Assembly (NCBI GenBank): GCA_032718475.1 | Contig: JAUCBJ010001162.1 | Span: 1-58,823, forward strand | Length of the DNA stretch: 58,823 nt | Source of the DNA: Nemertoderma westbladi | Taxonomy: Eukaryota > Animalia > Xenacoelomorpha | Direction: 5' to 3' | Shown here: positions 23,501 through 36,498 of the stretch, one piece after another | Position numbering within the stretch: position 1 is the first letter of the stretch | How the letters are laid out: each line of letters opens with the position of its first letter | The notes under the pieces: generated by a model | Database searches by the model: none | What the model was told of the DNA's origin: nothing | What the model saw: the letters and a program-made list of their open reading frames with translations, nothing else | Made by a program: the position numbers and the translations under genes

Positions 23501-26500
23501 CAATTGTTGTACAAGTAGAGGGGACATTGTATTGTATTAGAAGGGCTTTCAATTGTTGTACAAGTAGAGGGGACATTATATTGTGTTAGAAGGGCCTTCA
23601 ATTGTTGTACAAGTAGAGGGGACATTATATTGTATTAGAAGGGCTTTCAATTGTTGTACAAGTAGAGGGGACATTGTATTGTATTAGAAGGGCTTTCAAT
23701 TGTTGTACAAGTAGAGGGGACATTATATTGTGTCAGGAAGGGCTTTCAATTGTTGTACAAGTAGAGGGGACATTCTATTGTGTCAGAAGGGCTTTCAATT
23801 GTTGTACAAGTTGAGGGGACATTATATTGTGTCAGAAGGGCTTTCAATTGTTGTACAAGTAGAGGGGACATTATATTGTATTAGAAGGGCTTTCAATTGT
23901 TGTACAAGTAGAGGGGACATTCTATTGTGTCAGAAGGGCTTTCAATTGTTGTACAAGTTGAGGGGACATTATATTGTGTCAGAAGGGCTTTCAATTGTTG
24001 TACAAGTAGAGGGGACATTATATTGTATTAGAAGGGCTTTCAATTGTTGTACAAGTAGAGGGGACATTATATTGTGTCAGAAGGGCTTTCAATTGTTGTA
24101 CAAGTAGAGGGGACATTATATTGTATTAGAAGGGCTTTCAATTGTTGTACAAGTAGAGGGGACATTATATTGTGTCAGAAGGGCTTTCAATTGTTGTACA
24201 AGTTGAGGGGACATTATATTGTGTCAGAAGGGCTTTCAATTGTTGTACAAGTTGAGGGGACATTATATTGTATTAGAAGGGCTTTCAATTGTTTTATAAG
24301 TAGAGGGGACATTGTATTGTGTCAGAAGGGCTTTCAATTGTTGTACAAGTAGAGGGGACATTATATTGTATTAGAAGGGCTTTCAATTGTTTTATAAGTA
24401 GAGGGGACATTGTATTGTGTCAGAAGGGCTTTCAATTGTTGTACAAGTAGAGGGGACATTATATTGGGTCAGAAGGGCTTTCAATTGTTGTACAAGTAGA
24501 GGGGACATTATATTGTATTAGAAGGGCTTTCAATTGTTGTACAAGTAGAGGGGACATTATATTGTGTCAGAAGGGCTTTCAATTGTTGTACAAGTAGAGG
24601 GGACATTGTATTGTATCAGAAGGGCTTTCAATTGTTGTACAAGTTGAGGGGACATTATATTGTGTCAGAAGGGCTTTCAATTGTTGTACAAGTAGAGGGG
24701 ACATTATATTGTATTAGAAGGGCTTTCAATTGTTGTACAAGTAGAGGGGACATTGTATTGTGTCAGAAGGGCTTTCAATTGTTGTACAAGTAGAGGGGAC
24801 ATTGTATTGTATTAGAAGGGCTTTCAATTGTTGTACAAGTAGAGGGGACATTGTATTGTATTAGAAGGGCTTTCAATTGTTGTACAAGTAGAGGGGACAT
24901 TATATTGTGTTAGAAGGGCTTTCAATTGTTGTACAAGTAGAGGGGAAATTATATTGTGTCAGAAGGGCTTTCAATTGTTGTACAAGTAGAGGGGACATTG
25001 TATTGTATTAGAAGGGCTTTCAATTGTTGTACAAGTAGAGGGGACATTATATTGTGTCAGGAAGGGCTTTCAATTGTTGTACAAGTAGAGGGGACATTAT
25101 ATTGTATTAGAAGGGCTTTCAATTGTTGTACAAGTAGAGGGGACATTGTATTGTATTATAAGGGCTTTCAATTGTTGTACAAGTAGAGGGGACATTGTAT
25201 TGTGTCAGAAGGGCTTTCAATTGTTGTACAAGTAGAGGGGACATTGTATTGTATTAGAAGGGCTTTCAATTGTTGTACAAGTAGAGGGGACATTGTATTG
25301 TATTAGAAGGGCTTTCAATTGTTGTACAAGTAGAGGGGACATTGTATTGTATTAGAAGGGCTTTCAATTCTTTTATAAGTAGAGGGGACATTGTATTGTG
25401 TCAGAAGGGCTTTCAATTGTTGTACAAGTAGAGGGGACATTGTATTGTGTCAGAAGGGCTTTCAATTGTTGTACAAGTAGAGGGGACATTGTATTGTATT
25501 AGAAGGGCTTTCAATTGTTGTACAAGTAGAGGGGACATTGTATTGTATTAGAAGGGCTTTCAATTGTTGTACAAGTAGAGGGGACATTGTATTGTATTAG
25601 AAGGGCTTTCAATTGTTGTACAAGTAGAGGGGACATTATATTGTGTCTGAAGGGCTTTCAATTGTTGTACAAGTAGAGGGGACATTGTATTGTATTAGAA
25701 GGGCTTTCAATTGTTGTACAAGTAGAGGGGACATTGTATTGTATTAGAAGGGCTTTCAATTGTTATACAAGTAGAGGGGACATTGTATTGTATTAGAAGG
25801 GCTTTCAATTGTTGTACAAGTAGAGGGGACATTGTATTGTATTAGAAGGGCTTTCAATTGTTGTACAAGTAGAGGGGACATTGTATTGTGTCAGAAGGGC
25901 TTTCAATTGTTGTACAAGTAGAGGGGACATTATATTGTATTAGAAGGGCTTTCAATTGTTGTACAAGTAGAGGGGACATTGTATTGTATTAGAAGGGCTT
26001 TCAATTATTGTACAAGTAGAGGGGACATTGTATTGTGTCAGAAGGGCTTTCAATTCTTGTACAAGTAGAGGGGACATTATATTGTATTAGAAGGGCTTTC
26101 AATTGTTGTACAAGTAGAGGGGACATTATATTGTATTAGAAGGGCTTTCAATTGTTGTACAAGTAGAGGGGACATTATATTGTATTAGAAGGGCTTTCAA
26201 TTGTTGTACAAGTAGAGGGGACATTATATTGTATTAGAAGGGCTTTCAATTGTTGTACAAGTAGAGGGGACATTGTATTGTGTCAGAAGGGCTTTCAATT
26301 GTTGTACAAGTAGAGGGGACATTATATTGTATTAGAAGGGCTTTCAATTGTTGTACAAGTAGAGGGGACATTATATTGTGTCAGAAGGGCTTTCAATTGT
26401 TGTACAAGTAGAGGGGACATTATATTGTGTCAGAGGGGCTTTCAATTGTTGTACAAGTAGAGGGGACATTGTATTGTATTAGAAGGGCTTTCAATTGTTG

Positions 26501-29385
26501 TACAAGTAGAGGGGACATTGTATTGTGTCAGAAGGGCTTTCAATTGTTGTACAAGTAGAGGGGACATTATATTGTATTAGAAGGGCTTTCAATTGTTGTA
26601 CAAGTAGAGGGGACATTATATTGTATTAGAAGGGCTTTCAATTGTTGTACAAGTAGAGGGGACATTGTATTGTATTAGAAGGGCTTTCAATTGTTGTACA
26701 AGTAGAGGGGACATTGTATTGTATTAGAAGGGCTTTCAATTGTTGTACAAGTAGAGGGGACATTGTATTGTGTCAGAAGGGCTTTCAATTGTTGTACAAG
26801 TAGAGGGGACATTATATTGTATTAGAAGGGCTTTCAATTGTTGTACAAGTAGAGGGGACATTGTATTGTATTAGAAGGGCTTTCAATTGTTGTACAAGTA
26901 GAGGGGACATTGTATTGTATTAGAAGGGCTTTCAATTGTTGTACAAGTAGAGGGGACATTGTATTGTGTCAGAAGGGCTTTCAATTGTTGTACAAGTAGA
27001 GGGGACATTATATTGTATTAGAAGGGCTTTCAATTGTTGTACAAGTAGAGGGGACATTGTATTGTATTAGAAGGGCTTTCAATTGTTGTACAAGTAGAGG
27101 GGACATTGTATTGTATTAGAAGGGCTTTCAATTGTTGTACAAGTAGAGGGGACATTGTATTGTGTCAGAAGGGCTTTCAATTGTTGTACAAGTAGAGGGG
27201 ACATTGTATTGTATTAGAAGGGCTTTCAATTGTTGTACAAGTAGAGGGGACATTATATTGTATTAGAAGGGCTTTCAATTGTTGTACAAGTAGAGGGGAC
27301 ATTGTATTGTATTAGAAGGGCTTTCAATTGTTGTACAAGTAGAGGGGACATTGTATTGTATTAGAAGGGCTTTCAATTGTTGTACAAGTAGAGGGGACAT
27401 TCTATTGTGTCAGAAGGGCTTTCAATTGTTGTACAAGTTGAGGGGACATTATATTGTGTCAGAAGGGCTTTCAATTGTTGTACAAGTAGAGGGGACATTA
27501 TATTGTATTAGAAGGGCTTTCAATTGTTGTACAAGTAGAGGGGACATTGTATTGTATTAGAAGGGCTTTCAATTGTTGTACAAGTAGAGGGGACATTATA
27601 TTGTGTTAGAAGGGCCTTCAATTGTTGTACAAGTAGAGGGGACATTATATTGTATTAGAAGGGCTTTCAATTGTTGTACAAGTAGAGGGGACATTGTATT
27701 GTATTAGAAGGGCTTTCAATTGTTGTACAAGTAGAGGGGACATTATATTGTGTCAGGAAGGGCTTTCAATTGTTGTACAAGTAGAGGGGACATTCTATTG
27801 TGTCAGAAGGGCTTTCAATTGTTGTACAAGTTGAGGGGACATTATATTGTGTCAGAAGGGCTTTCAATTGTTGTACAAGTAGAGGGGACATTATATTGTA
27901 TTAGAAGGGCTTTCAATTGTTGTACAAGTAGAGGGGACATTCTATTGTGTCAGAAGGGCTTTCAATTGTTGTACAAGTTGAGGGGACATTATATTGTGTC
28001 AGAAGGGCTTTCAATTGTTGTACAAGTAGAGGGGACATTATATTGTATTAGAAGGGCTTTCAATTGTTGTACAAGTAGAGGGGACATTATATTGTGTCAG
28101 AAGGGCTTTCAATTGTTGTACAAGTAGAGGGGACATTATATTGTATTAGAAGGGCTTTCAATTGTTGTACAAGTAGAGGGGACATTATATTGTGTCAGAA
28201 GGGCTTTCAATTGTTGTACAAGTTGAGGGGACATTATATTGTGTCAGAAGGGCTTTCAATTGTTGTACAAGTTGAGGGGACATTATATTGTGTCAGAAGG
28301 GCTTTCAATTGTTGTACAAGTAGAGGGGACATTATATTGTGTCAGAAGGGCTTTCAATTGTTGTACAAGTAGAGGGGACATTATATTGTATTAGAAGGGC
28401 TTTCAATTGTTGTACAAGTAGAGGGGACATTATATTGTGTCAGAAGGGCTTTCAATTGTTGTACAAGTAGAGGGGACATTGTATTGTATCAGAAGGGCTT
28501 TCAATTGTTGTACAAGTTGAGGGGACATTATATTGTGTCAGAAGGGCTTTCAATTGTTGTACAAGTAGAGGGGACATTATATTGTATTAGAAGGGCTTTC
28601 AATTGTTGTACAAGTAGAGGGGACATTGTATTGTGTCAGAAGGGCTTTCAATTGTTGTACAAGTAGAGGGGACATTGTATTGTATTAGAAGGGCTTTCAA
28701 TTGTTGTACAAGTAGAGGGGACATTGTATTGTATTAGAAGGGCTTTCAATTGTTGTACAAGTAGAGGGGACATTATATTGTGTTAGAAGGGCTTTCAATT
28801 GTTGTACAAGTAGAGGGGACATTGTATTGTATTAGAAGGGCTTTCAATTGTTGTACAAGTAGAGGGGACATTGTATTGTATTAGAAGGGCTTTCAATTGT
28901 TGTACAAGTAGAGGGGACATTATATTGTGTCAGGAAGGGCTTTCAATTGTTGTACAAGTAGAGGGGACATTATATTGTATTAGAAGGGCTTTCAATTGTT
29001 GTACAAGTAGAGGGGACATTGTATTGTATTAGAAGGGCTTTCAATTGTTGTACAAGTAGAGGGGACATTATATTGTGTCAGAAGGGCTTCCAATTGTTTG
29101 TACAAGTAGAGGGGACATTATATTGTGTCAGAAGGGCTTTCAATTGTTGTACAAGTAGAGGGGACATTGTATTGTATTAGAAGGGCTTTCAATTGTTGTA
29201 CAAGTAGAGGGGACATTCTATTGTGTCAGAAGGGCTTTCAATTGTTGTACAAGTAGAGGGGACATTGTATTGTATTAGAAGGGCTTTCAATTGTTGTACA
29301 AGTAGAGGGAACATTATTGTGTCAGAAGGGCTTTCAATTGTTGTACAAGTAGAGGGGATATTGTATTGTATTAGAAGGGCTTTCA
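20511..29385. repeat. 49-bp satellite array, ~8.9 kb, about 180 units
   Basis: Unit CAATTGTTGTACAAGTAGAGGGGACATT[G/A]TATTGT[ATT/GTC]AGAAGGGCTTT, head to tail, with no unique spacers. Confidence 0.98.
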
Positions 29386-30188
29386 CAGATGGATGAGAAT
29401 CTGTAAATATTGGATGTGAACTTCATTCCTAGAGTGTACAGTAGTAGTTTCTACATCAAATATCACCAACTCTATCGCATGTATTTGTTATTAATAAGAT
29501 TTATTGGTTTGTATTTTTTCCGCAATATAGTTGCGATAACACTATTGGTGTATTGGTGAGATGCATATTAGGACTAGTTGGTATCAGAAACAATACAAGT
29601 TACATAACCTTTCTTATTTATGACACTTCCCCTGGGGGGTCCAAACGATCTACGCAAGGATCTACGGGGTGCGTCCGCGTTTATAATTGCAACATCAACC
29701 GATGCGACACGTTGGTTAACCCACACACCCGAATGTACTGTACAGTAGGACAATTTGGTCCTGGATAATTCGGTCCCAAACACTAAATAAATGGGACCGA
29801 ATTGTCCGGGTCCAGCATCCAAATCAGCTCTCACACCCCCGACAGAAGTCCCACCCCTATCCAAGTGGCCCCGTTAGAGGGTTACCTCGAGTTCCACAGG
29901 CTTGAGGCCACAACCACGCATGCGAGCATGTCACAAATATTTTCGTATATTTATTTGATTGTTTATTATATTAGCTACTATGTTACGGTATTATGTCAGT
30001 TATTTATAATACTTATAAGTATATTTAGTGTGTTGTTAGTAATAGACATAACAGTATTTACCTTCTCTTTAATTTTCTTCGTGCTTTAGGTTACCGCAGG
30101 TGAATTCTTACCACTCAGACTCAGAACACAACGCTATAAACGAATTTATAGCGGCATCATCTGCATTTTATAATGGAATGAAACAAAT

Positions 30189-30917
30189 ATGGGTCTTTAT
30201 AAGACCGCATCACTATTGGCTCTCTATCTGCTAATAAACATTGCCATATGTTACGGTAGTTTCACGTGCTATAAAGAAAATACATTGACCTTAAATGCAA
30301 CTACTGAGCGGCTACAAAAAGAGGTATATGATAGATTGGCTAGTCTAGAAAAAGGCAATCAGGCATGGTTAGATTACTATCGTGCCAAAACAACACGCCA
30401 TGATATCAGATACATTGAACACAATTGCACAGAATGTGCGCACGTCTTCAACCGAATCGTCGCTATTGATGGTGAGACAGGACGAAGAGTTCATGGTGAT
30501 GGTTCGCGTGGAACTCTGCATAAGGAATGACAACGAAAATGCCTGGGAGAAATTTTGCTTGGCTATGGATGAAGACAGATGTTCAGTATTTATGCAACAG
30601 TTTGAAGACGGGTTTAATGATAACGTGCAGAGTTCCAAGGATGTGGAAACAGACCAGGATGATTTCATTAGAATTGCACTTGCTGTTAGGGCCATGATCC
30701 TAGACGGGTACAAATTGAAGAGCAGCTCGTGCCAGTATATGTGTTGCCCCGGTGAGTGTCCTACTCCTGTGTGGAAGTTGAATCTGGCTACAACAACTAC
30801 TGTACCAGGGCGGCGGAAGAAACCACAACAGTCGAGAAGACAGCAAGCAGTTCAGTTGTTGCTACTCCAATAATTCGTATGGTTTTGGTGGTGGTTACAT
30901 TAACTGGAGTATTCTAG
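30189..30917 (+). pseudogene. Cys-rich, probably GPI-anchored surface protein (Ly6/uPAR three-finger-like), with two compensating frameshifts
   Basis: Signal peptide MGLYKTASLLALYLLINIAICYG, then FTCY...HNCTEC...SRG. +1 shift at ~30512, then LCIRN...FC...RC...CQYMCCPGEC...TTTTVP. -1 shift at ~30810, then AAEETTTVEKTASSSVVATPIIRMVLVVVTLTGVF*. Confidence 0.55.
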
Positions 30918-31001
30918 AAACATAATCAACTTTGTGAGATCAACGTTAATAATAATATATATATATACTGTATATATATACACTACAGTACATTAAGATA
31001 A

Positions 31002-31237
31002 TACGATGTGGGGGGGGGGGGTGTTTAAAAAGGTTGAGTAAAAATAAAACAGTTACTATTGACTATGGTTTATTGTTTTGGTTTTTATAATTCGTCACTG
31101 TAACCTGTTTATTACATTTACTTGAAGTTGAAAAATTTTAATTGTGGATTTGAAATATATTGTGGGTCGATTGATGGATGCTACAGATGGGGCGAGGAGA
31201 GTACACCTCACTACACCCCCCCCCCCCCCCACACGTA
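31002..31237. mobile_element. MITE-like element with poly-G/poly-C termini
   Basis: TACGATGT(G)nTGT ... ACA(C)nACACGTA. The interior is weakly similar to 20220-20300 in inverted orientation. Confidence 0.45.
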
Positions 31238-31763
31238 AATACATAATTCACATTGTATAGTACATTGCCTGGGAATGAATTGTCTGGTAATTTGTGCGCT
31301 GAGTAGGTTCAGCTACTGCACTTATTCGGTAAGGAGATGCGCATTACGGCTACTTTTCCCGTATCTCTAACGCGATTTACAGAAACCAGTACAATCAATG
31401 GGAGGTTATACTGTACAATGGCGAAGTTGGTTTCCATTATTCATTCCATTTGAATATAATATTGCATTTTTGTAGAGAAACCCTATTAAGTCGGAGTGTC
31501 GAGATATAAAGATTGTCTCCATCTCCACTCGGTTAGTAGAATTAGCCGCCTACTCTCAACCACAAACCAAGCAAAGCATTTTAAGTAAAATTTCGTTAAT
31601 AAGCTCACTATAATTGACATATAATTAATTAATACATTAAAATTGAAAGGTATTATATTATAAATCTAAATAAAATACATATGTAGCTGGTTTGGTATAC
31701 TGCACAAAAGGAGACCGTATAATTGTAACATCTCACGTTACCAAAATTCCCCTCCTTGAAATA

Positions 31764-32976
31764 CCGGGTGTTCTGTAATGATTGCCCCCCCCCCCCCCCC
31801 CTGGCCAGCCAAAACTGCCAGACATGTACCTTAGTATAATACACCATGACTCGTGATATAGTGTCATTTTCTGATGACAGAGACCCCCCCCCCCCCCCCA
31901 GATTTTTCTACAAATCATTATCAAATTGCTTGAAATTGGAAACACAACTAGTTCAACTCACCGTGGTTGTTACCATGAAGCCGGAATTTTCGATTTCGCC
32001 TTTAAATTTATTTATAAGTGTTTTAAAAAAGTGTCTTTTGCGAAATCGCACCCTCTGTATCATTGCCATTCTTCACTTTAGTCGTAATTTTTTCACATCA
32101 ATAGAAAGCTTACGTTGAAAGGATTCCGAATATGTAACAATATCTGAATTTCATTGAGAAACAGCTGAGAAATAGGCGTTTAAAGATTGCAAGAATTATT
32201 GTTCGCCGCAAGCCATTTATTCTATTTAAAAAATACACAATATTCTAGAACGTGTTATTTATTTTATGAGTTGGTAGGCAACAGCGGAATGCCTATACGA
32301 TATCTATATTGCATAGCTAATCATACATAAACAAATTGTTCCAGAATATTGTGTATTTATTAAATAGAATAAATGGCCTGCAGTGAAATCCAGCGTTAGT
32401 CATCAGCTTTACAGCCATGTTTCCCCTTTGCAGCATGGGGAGCTCCTCGATAGTGGCAAAGGAGGTTGGCCCTTAAAAGGGCCGTTTTGGTTTGAGTTCA
32501 GTTTGATTATGCCACAGAATAACGAAACTCTCTAATAGTAACATCTCTGATCCTGTCAACCATACGTTTTTCTTCACAGTCATCGAAGATTGCACTGGAA
32601 CTTATCATTTGAATTACTTCTGTTAGGCCTAATTCAGTAAAATTACCAAAGAAACACTAATACCGGTAACTGAATACTGTAATATATTGCAATACAGCAA
32701 AAGTCAGGCAGTAATAACTGTTTAAACAGGGTTGCAAATCTGATGACTAACGCTGGATAAATTATATATTTTTTAAATTGTGATTAAATCACAAATATTG
32801 GAAAGTAAGATCGGTTTAAAGAATTGCCTATAAAATTTTTATACTTTCGTATTGGACCCTAAACTTTTGCATGCAAGCTCATAATTAAATTATCTTTCGA
32901 TTTATATATTACACTAAGGTACATGTCTGGCAGTTTTGGCTGGCCAGGGGGGGGGGGGAATCATTGGAACACCCGG
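31764..32976. mobile_element. Non-autonomous Tc1/mariner-type element (1213 bp)
   Basis: TA|CCGGGTGTTC...CTGGCCAGCCAAAACTGCCAGACATGTACCTTAGT and its reverse complement ending GAACACCCGG|TA. ~85-bp TIRs and TA TSD. Internal inverted repeats at 32212-32251/32338-32377 and 32388-32406/32740-32758. Confidence 0.88.
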
Positions 32977-35284
32977 TACAATAGATCTCCATCATAGAAT
33001 CATAGAATCTAGATCATAATACATAATACCTATACATTATTTAATAATAAAAATTAAAATCTAGATACAATTTGTATAATAATTTATTGTGTAATGATAT
33101 GTATGTTTCCTTTGGTTTTGTTACGTAGGGAGATTGGGTATATTTTTATGGTGTCATGTTATTGTTATTATTAGAAAATAAACGTGTTTAGTCTAAGCAA
33201 TTCTAATATTATCCGTGTACGTAAAGTCCGTAGATAGGGGAGGGGGGGGGGGGGGGGGGCTATTGAAACTACAGTAGGATAGGTGGAATTTGTGACAATA
33301 CCTAAAAACGATGACAACAGTCAGCCCTCAGCCACAGTAAAAAAAAAATGGTTGACCATTATCAACAATGGCCATAAAGAATGTGAATAACAGTATAACG
33401 CAGTCCTAAAAGTAATTCTGCCAAGTTTCTACTCCGCTTATCGACGGGAAGTCGTAGGAAAACAGTCAAACGTCGTGTGACAAGACACAAACTGCCCGGA
33501 CAACACTATATAAATCATGAATTCAGTATTCGGCAATACAGCAATACTGCTTACCAGTTAGGTCTAAAGTATTGTATATGTACGTAGTTTATGCATTTTT
33601 TCAACAGTTGTCCTGTTGGTCGATCTGTCACCGAATGTTTGAAGGCTAATAAACATTCTTCGATGGAATTAATTATAGGCCAAAGGTTTAAATAGTGATA
33701 GGCATACCCAAAACCAGCGTACAGCTCTATGCTAAACTAAGCTTACAGCCGTATTCACGAAAGTAGGAATTACCAGTAAACAGTGGTGTTAACCTAATCA
33801 TGTTCACAAAATTAAATGTGGAGATATCATCCACGTGTTTCCGCTAGGAAATACCTAAATTTACTGGAAGAGGGGTAGGGCTCTACCATTATTTGACAAA
33901 CACCGAATTTTTTCCTTTATTTAATTATTAATTATATTAATTATGTCATGAATTATTAGTACATTCTATTTCCCCCTTAATGATGTCATTTGGTTGAATT
34001 TTGATGTACACTAAAGAAGCTACAGAAACAATAACAATCAGTCAAAAATCACAGCTGGAATAACACCTTAGTAGTGGTACCGTACCAGTCGGTACATTGA
34101 AATTGAAACATTATTCGCAGTACAGCTACCAATTATTGGAATTGAACCATTATACATGCTTATTGCTACTGGTACTTTACCGGTGGTATATTTCCAATTG
34201 GGGTGTCATTTCAGCATATGGACGTTTGTTTGACGTTTGACGTTTGACAAGTTTGTTTTTTCCTCTTCGGCGAATGATAACTTTTTTTGCAGCATTAGAA
34301 ACCATTTCTGATATAGGCCTACTGGCAGCTAGCTATCTAACAGAGTACCAAAAAGAAGTAAGATTATTTAATTCTTTGAGATAATTGTTATTATTGTTAC
34401 CTAGCAACGATCACAAAACAGTTCCGTGTACATAGTTGACATAAGTCTGAAAGTGAAACTTTTGATAAAATATCCAACATCAGTACCGGTACCAGTATAT
34501 CTTTATACCAACGACTAATTCAGGACTGGTAGTGTTACTCTACCGTTACAGCTACAGGGAGCCATAATCAGTGCGTAACTGCATAATGTTTTCGTATGGG
34601 GAATAATGGGTATACAGTAGTAAGTGACGGTGCTTTGTTTTTTTTTCCATTTGCTATGTCATTTTATTTTCAAGTTTATATTAAAATTGCATTGCAGAAA
34701 TGTATACTGAATTAAATTTTACTTTTAAACTTCCCACCATCACACTATAGCATTATTAATAAAAAATGGTAAATTATATAGTTGCCCAACAATACAGTAG
34801 AGCAAACACGTTCTGGGGTCTTCGAGCAGCACGTGTTCAAATGTTCAATGACTGAGCAGCGACTAATTAACAAATTTATGAGAGATTCATTGACCAGTTA
34901 CAGACAGATCAATATTCTAACATATATTTTAGTTTAATGTTTGATTCAATTAAAGGCACAAATTAAAAAGGCTACAAATATATAGGGGTGAATAATTATA
35001 TTAGTCACCCATTAAAAGGTAGCCAAATATAAGTTCCCTTTGAGCCTATGACATCCAGTGCATGTCACCATGGACAACACTAAGACGTACAGTGGACGTC
35101 ATGCTGCAATACATGTTTTATTGGAAGGCTCTTGGTCTAGGTATACTGGTGGACAGTATTAAAGACATTTAGTGCTCTTCATGGGAAAAAATCCATTCTG
35201 TACTGTAGATAGGCTGTATTGTAGACTGTATTATCAATATTAGGTACAGTATATGGCGTAATGCCAACCACAGTACAGTAGTAC

Positions 35285-35975
35285 AGACTGACAGTAAGAC
35301 CGACAGACAAACAGACTAGATTTATGTAAACGTGTAAACTGACATCAGAAATAAAATCAGCAACCCTTAAAACCCCCATAGCGGGAATGTTGGTTAGTTA
35401 GTATACTTTCTTAAGTTTTGACAGACTGACTGACAGAAAGACCGACAGACAGACAGCCAGACAGACTAGATATATTAAACGTGAAAACTGACATCTTAAA
35501 TGAAATCAGCACCGATTAAAACCCCATAACGAGAATGTTCGTTAGTTTGTATTCTTTTTTACGTTTTGACAGAGTGACTGCCTGACAGAAAGACCGACAA
35601 ACGGACAGACTAGATTTATTAAACGTGAAAACTGACATCTGAAATGAAATCAGCACCCATTAAAACCCCAATAACGAGAATGTTCGTTAGTTTGTATTCT
35701 TTTTTACGTTTAGACAGACTGACTGACTGACAGAAAGACCGACAGACCGACAAACAGACAGACTAGATGTATGTAAACCTGAAAACTGACATCAGAAATG
35801 AAATCAGCACCCCTTAAAACCCCCATAGCGAGAATGTTAGTTAATTTGAATTATTTTTTATGTTTTGATAGACTGACTAACAGAATGACCGACAGACAGA
35901 CAGACTAGATTTATGTAAACGTGAAAACTGACATTAGAAATGTAATCAGCAATCCATCCCCATAGCGAGAATGTT
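35285..35975. repeat. Tandem repeat, 142-153-bp units, about 5 copies, with a GACA/GACT microsatellite in each unit
   Basis: Anchor ACAGACTAGA at 35311, 35461, 35605, 35758 and 35900, each followed by ...AACTGACAT...AAATCAGCA...CCCCATA. Confidence 0.9.
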
Positions 35976-36498
35976 AGCGACAAGTTTTAATTATGAGCAA
36001 GTTCTAGTTCAAGTTCTAATTATAATATCTGAGCGGTGTGCCTGTCGGTGTAAGTTAGCCTGAATAGGACTCGGAGTACGCTGACTAAAGGGCGCCACGA
36101 GGGAACAGGATGACGACGTAACCACAAGGAACTGACAGACAGAGTGGTCCACAGTGAATGAAACTACTACGGGCCTGAAAGGGACTCGGAACGTGACGAA
36201 AGCCGCCTGCCCTCGCCCGACACGACTGACACGGACCGGACGGACGGACGGCGTATCAAAAGTAGTTGGAATGGTTAAAATCTTATAAAGTAATGTCAGT
36301 AGCCCTATAAAGTAAAATACTTAACTCTCATTCTGTACTGTAGGTTTATTATATCTTTTAAATAGTTGGTGTTTATTATTGTCAAACAAAAAATATTTAG
36401 AATCAGATCATTTAGGAACAGATCACTTACATATATTTTCTAGGACGCCTAGTATTACAGTTGGACGTTTAGAGTGTTTGGAAGAATAACATTGATGT

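Noticed and set aside
20511-29385. CRISPR array or repeat-protein gene (many 60-125 aa ORFs)
   Set aside because: There are no unique spacers or cas genes, and the context is eukaryotic. The ORFs arise where a GTAG>GTTG variant removes a stop in the 3x49-nt frame cycle.
20140-31237. One giant transposon enclosing the satellite and the GPI-protein gene
   Set aside because: The inverted similarity between ~20220-20300 and ~31040-31110 is short and diverged. Each copy has its own small TIRs, so two independent MITEs are the simpler explanation.
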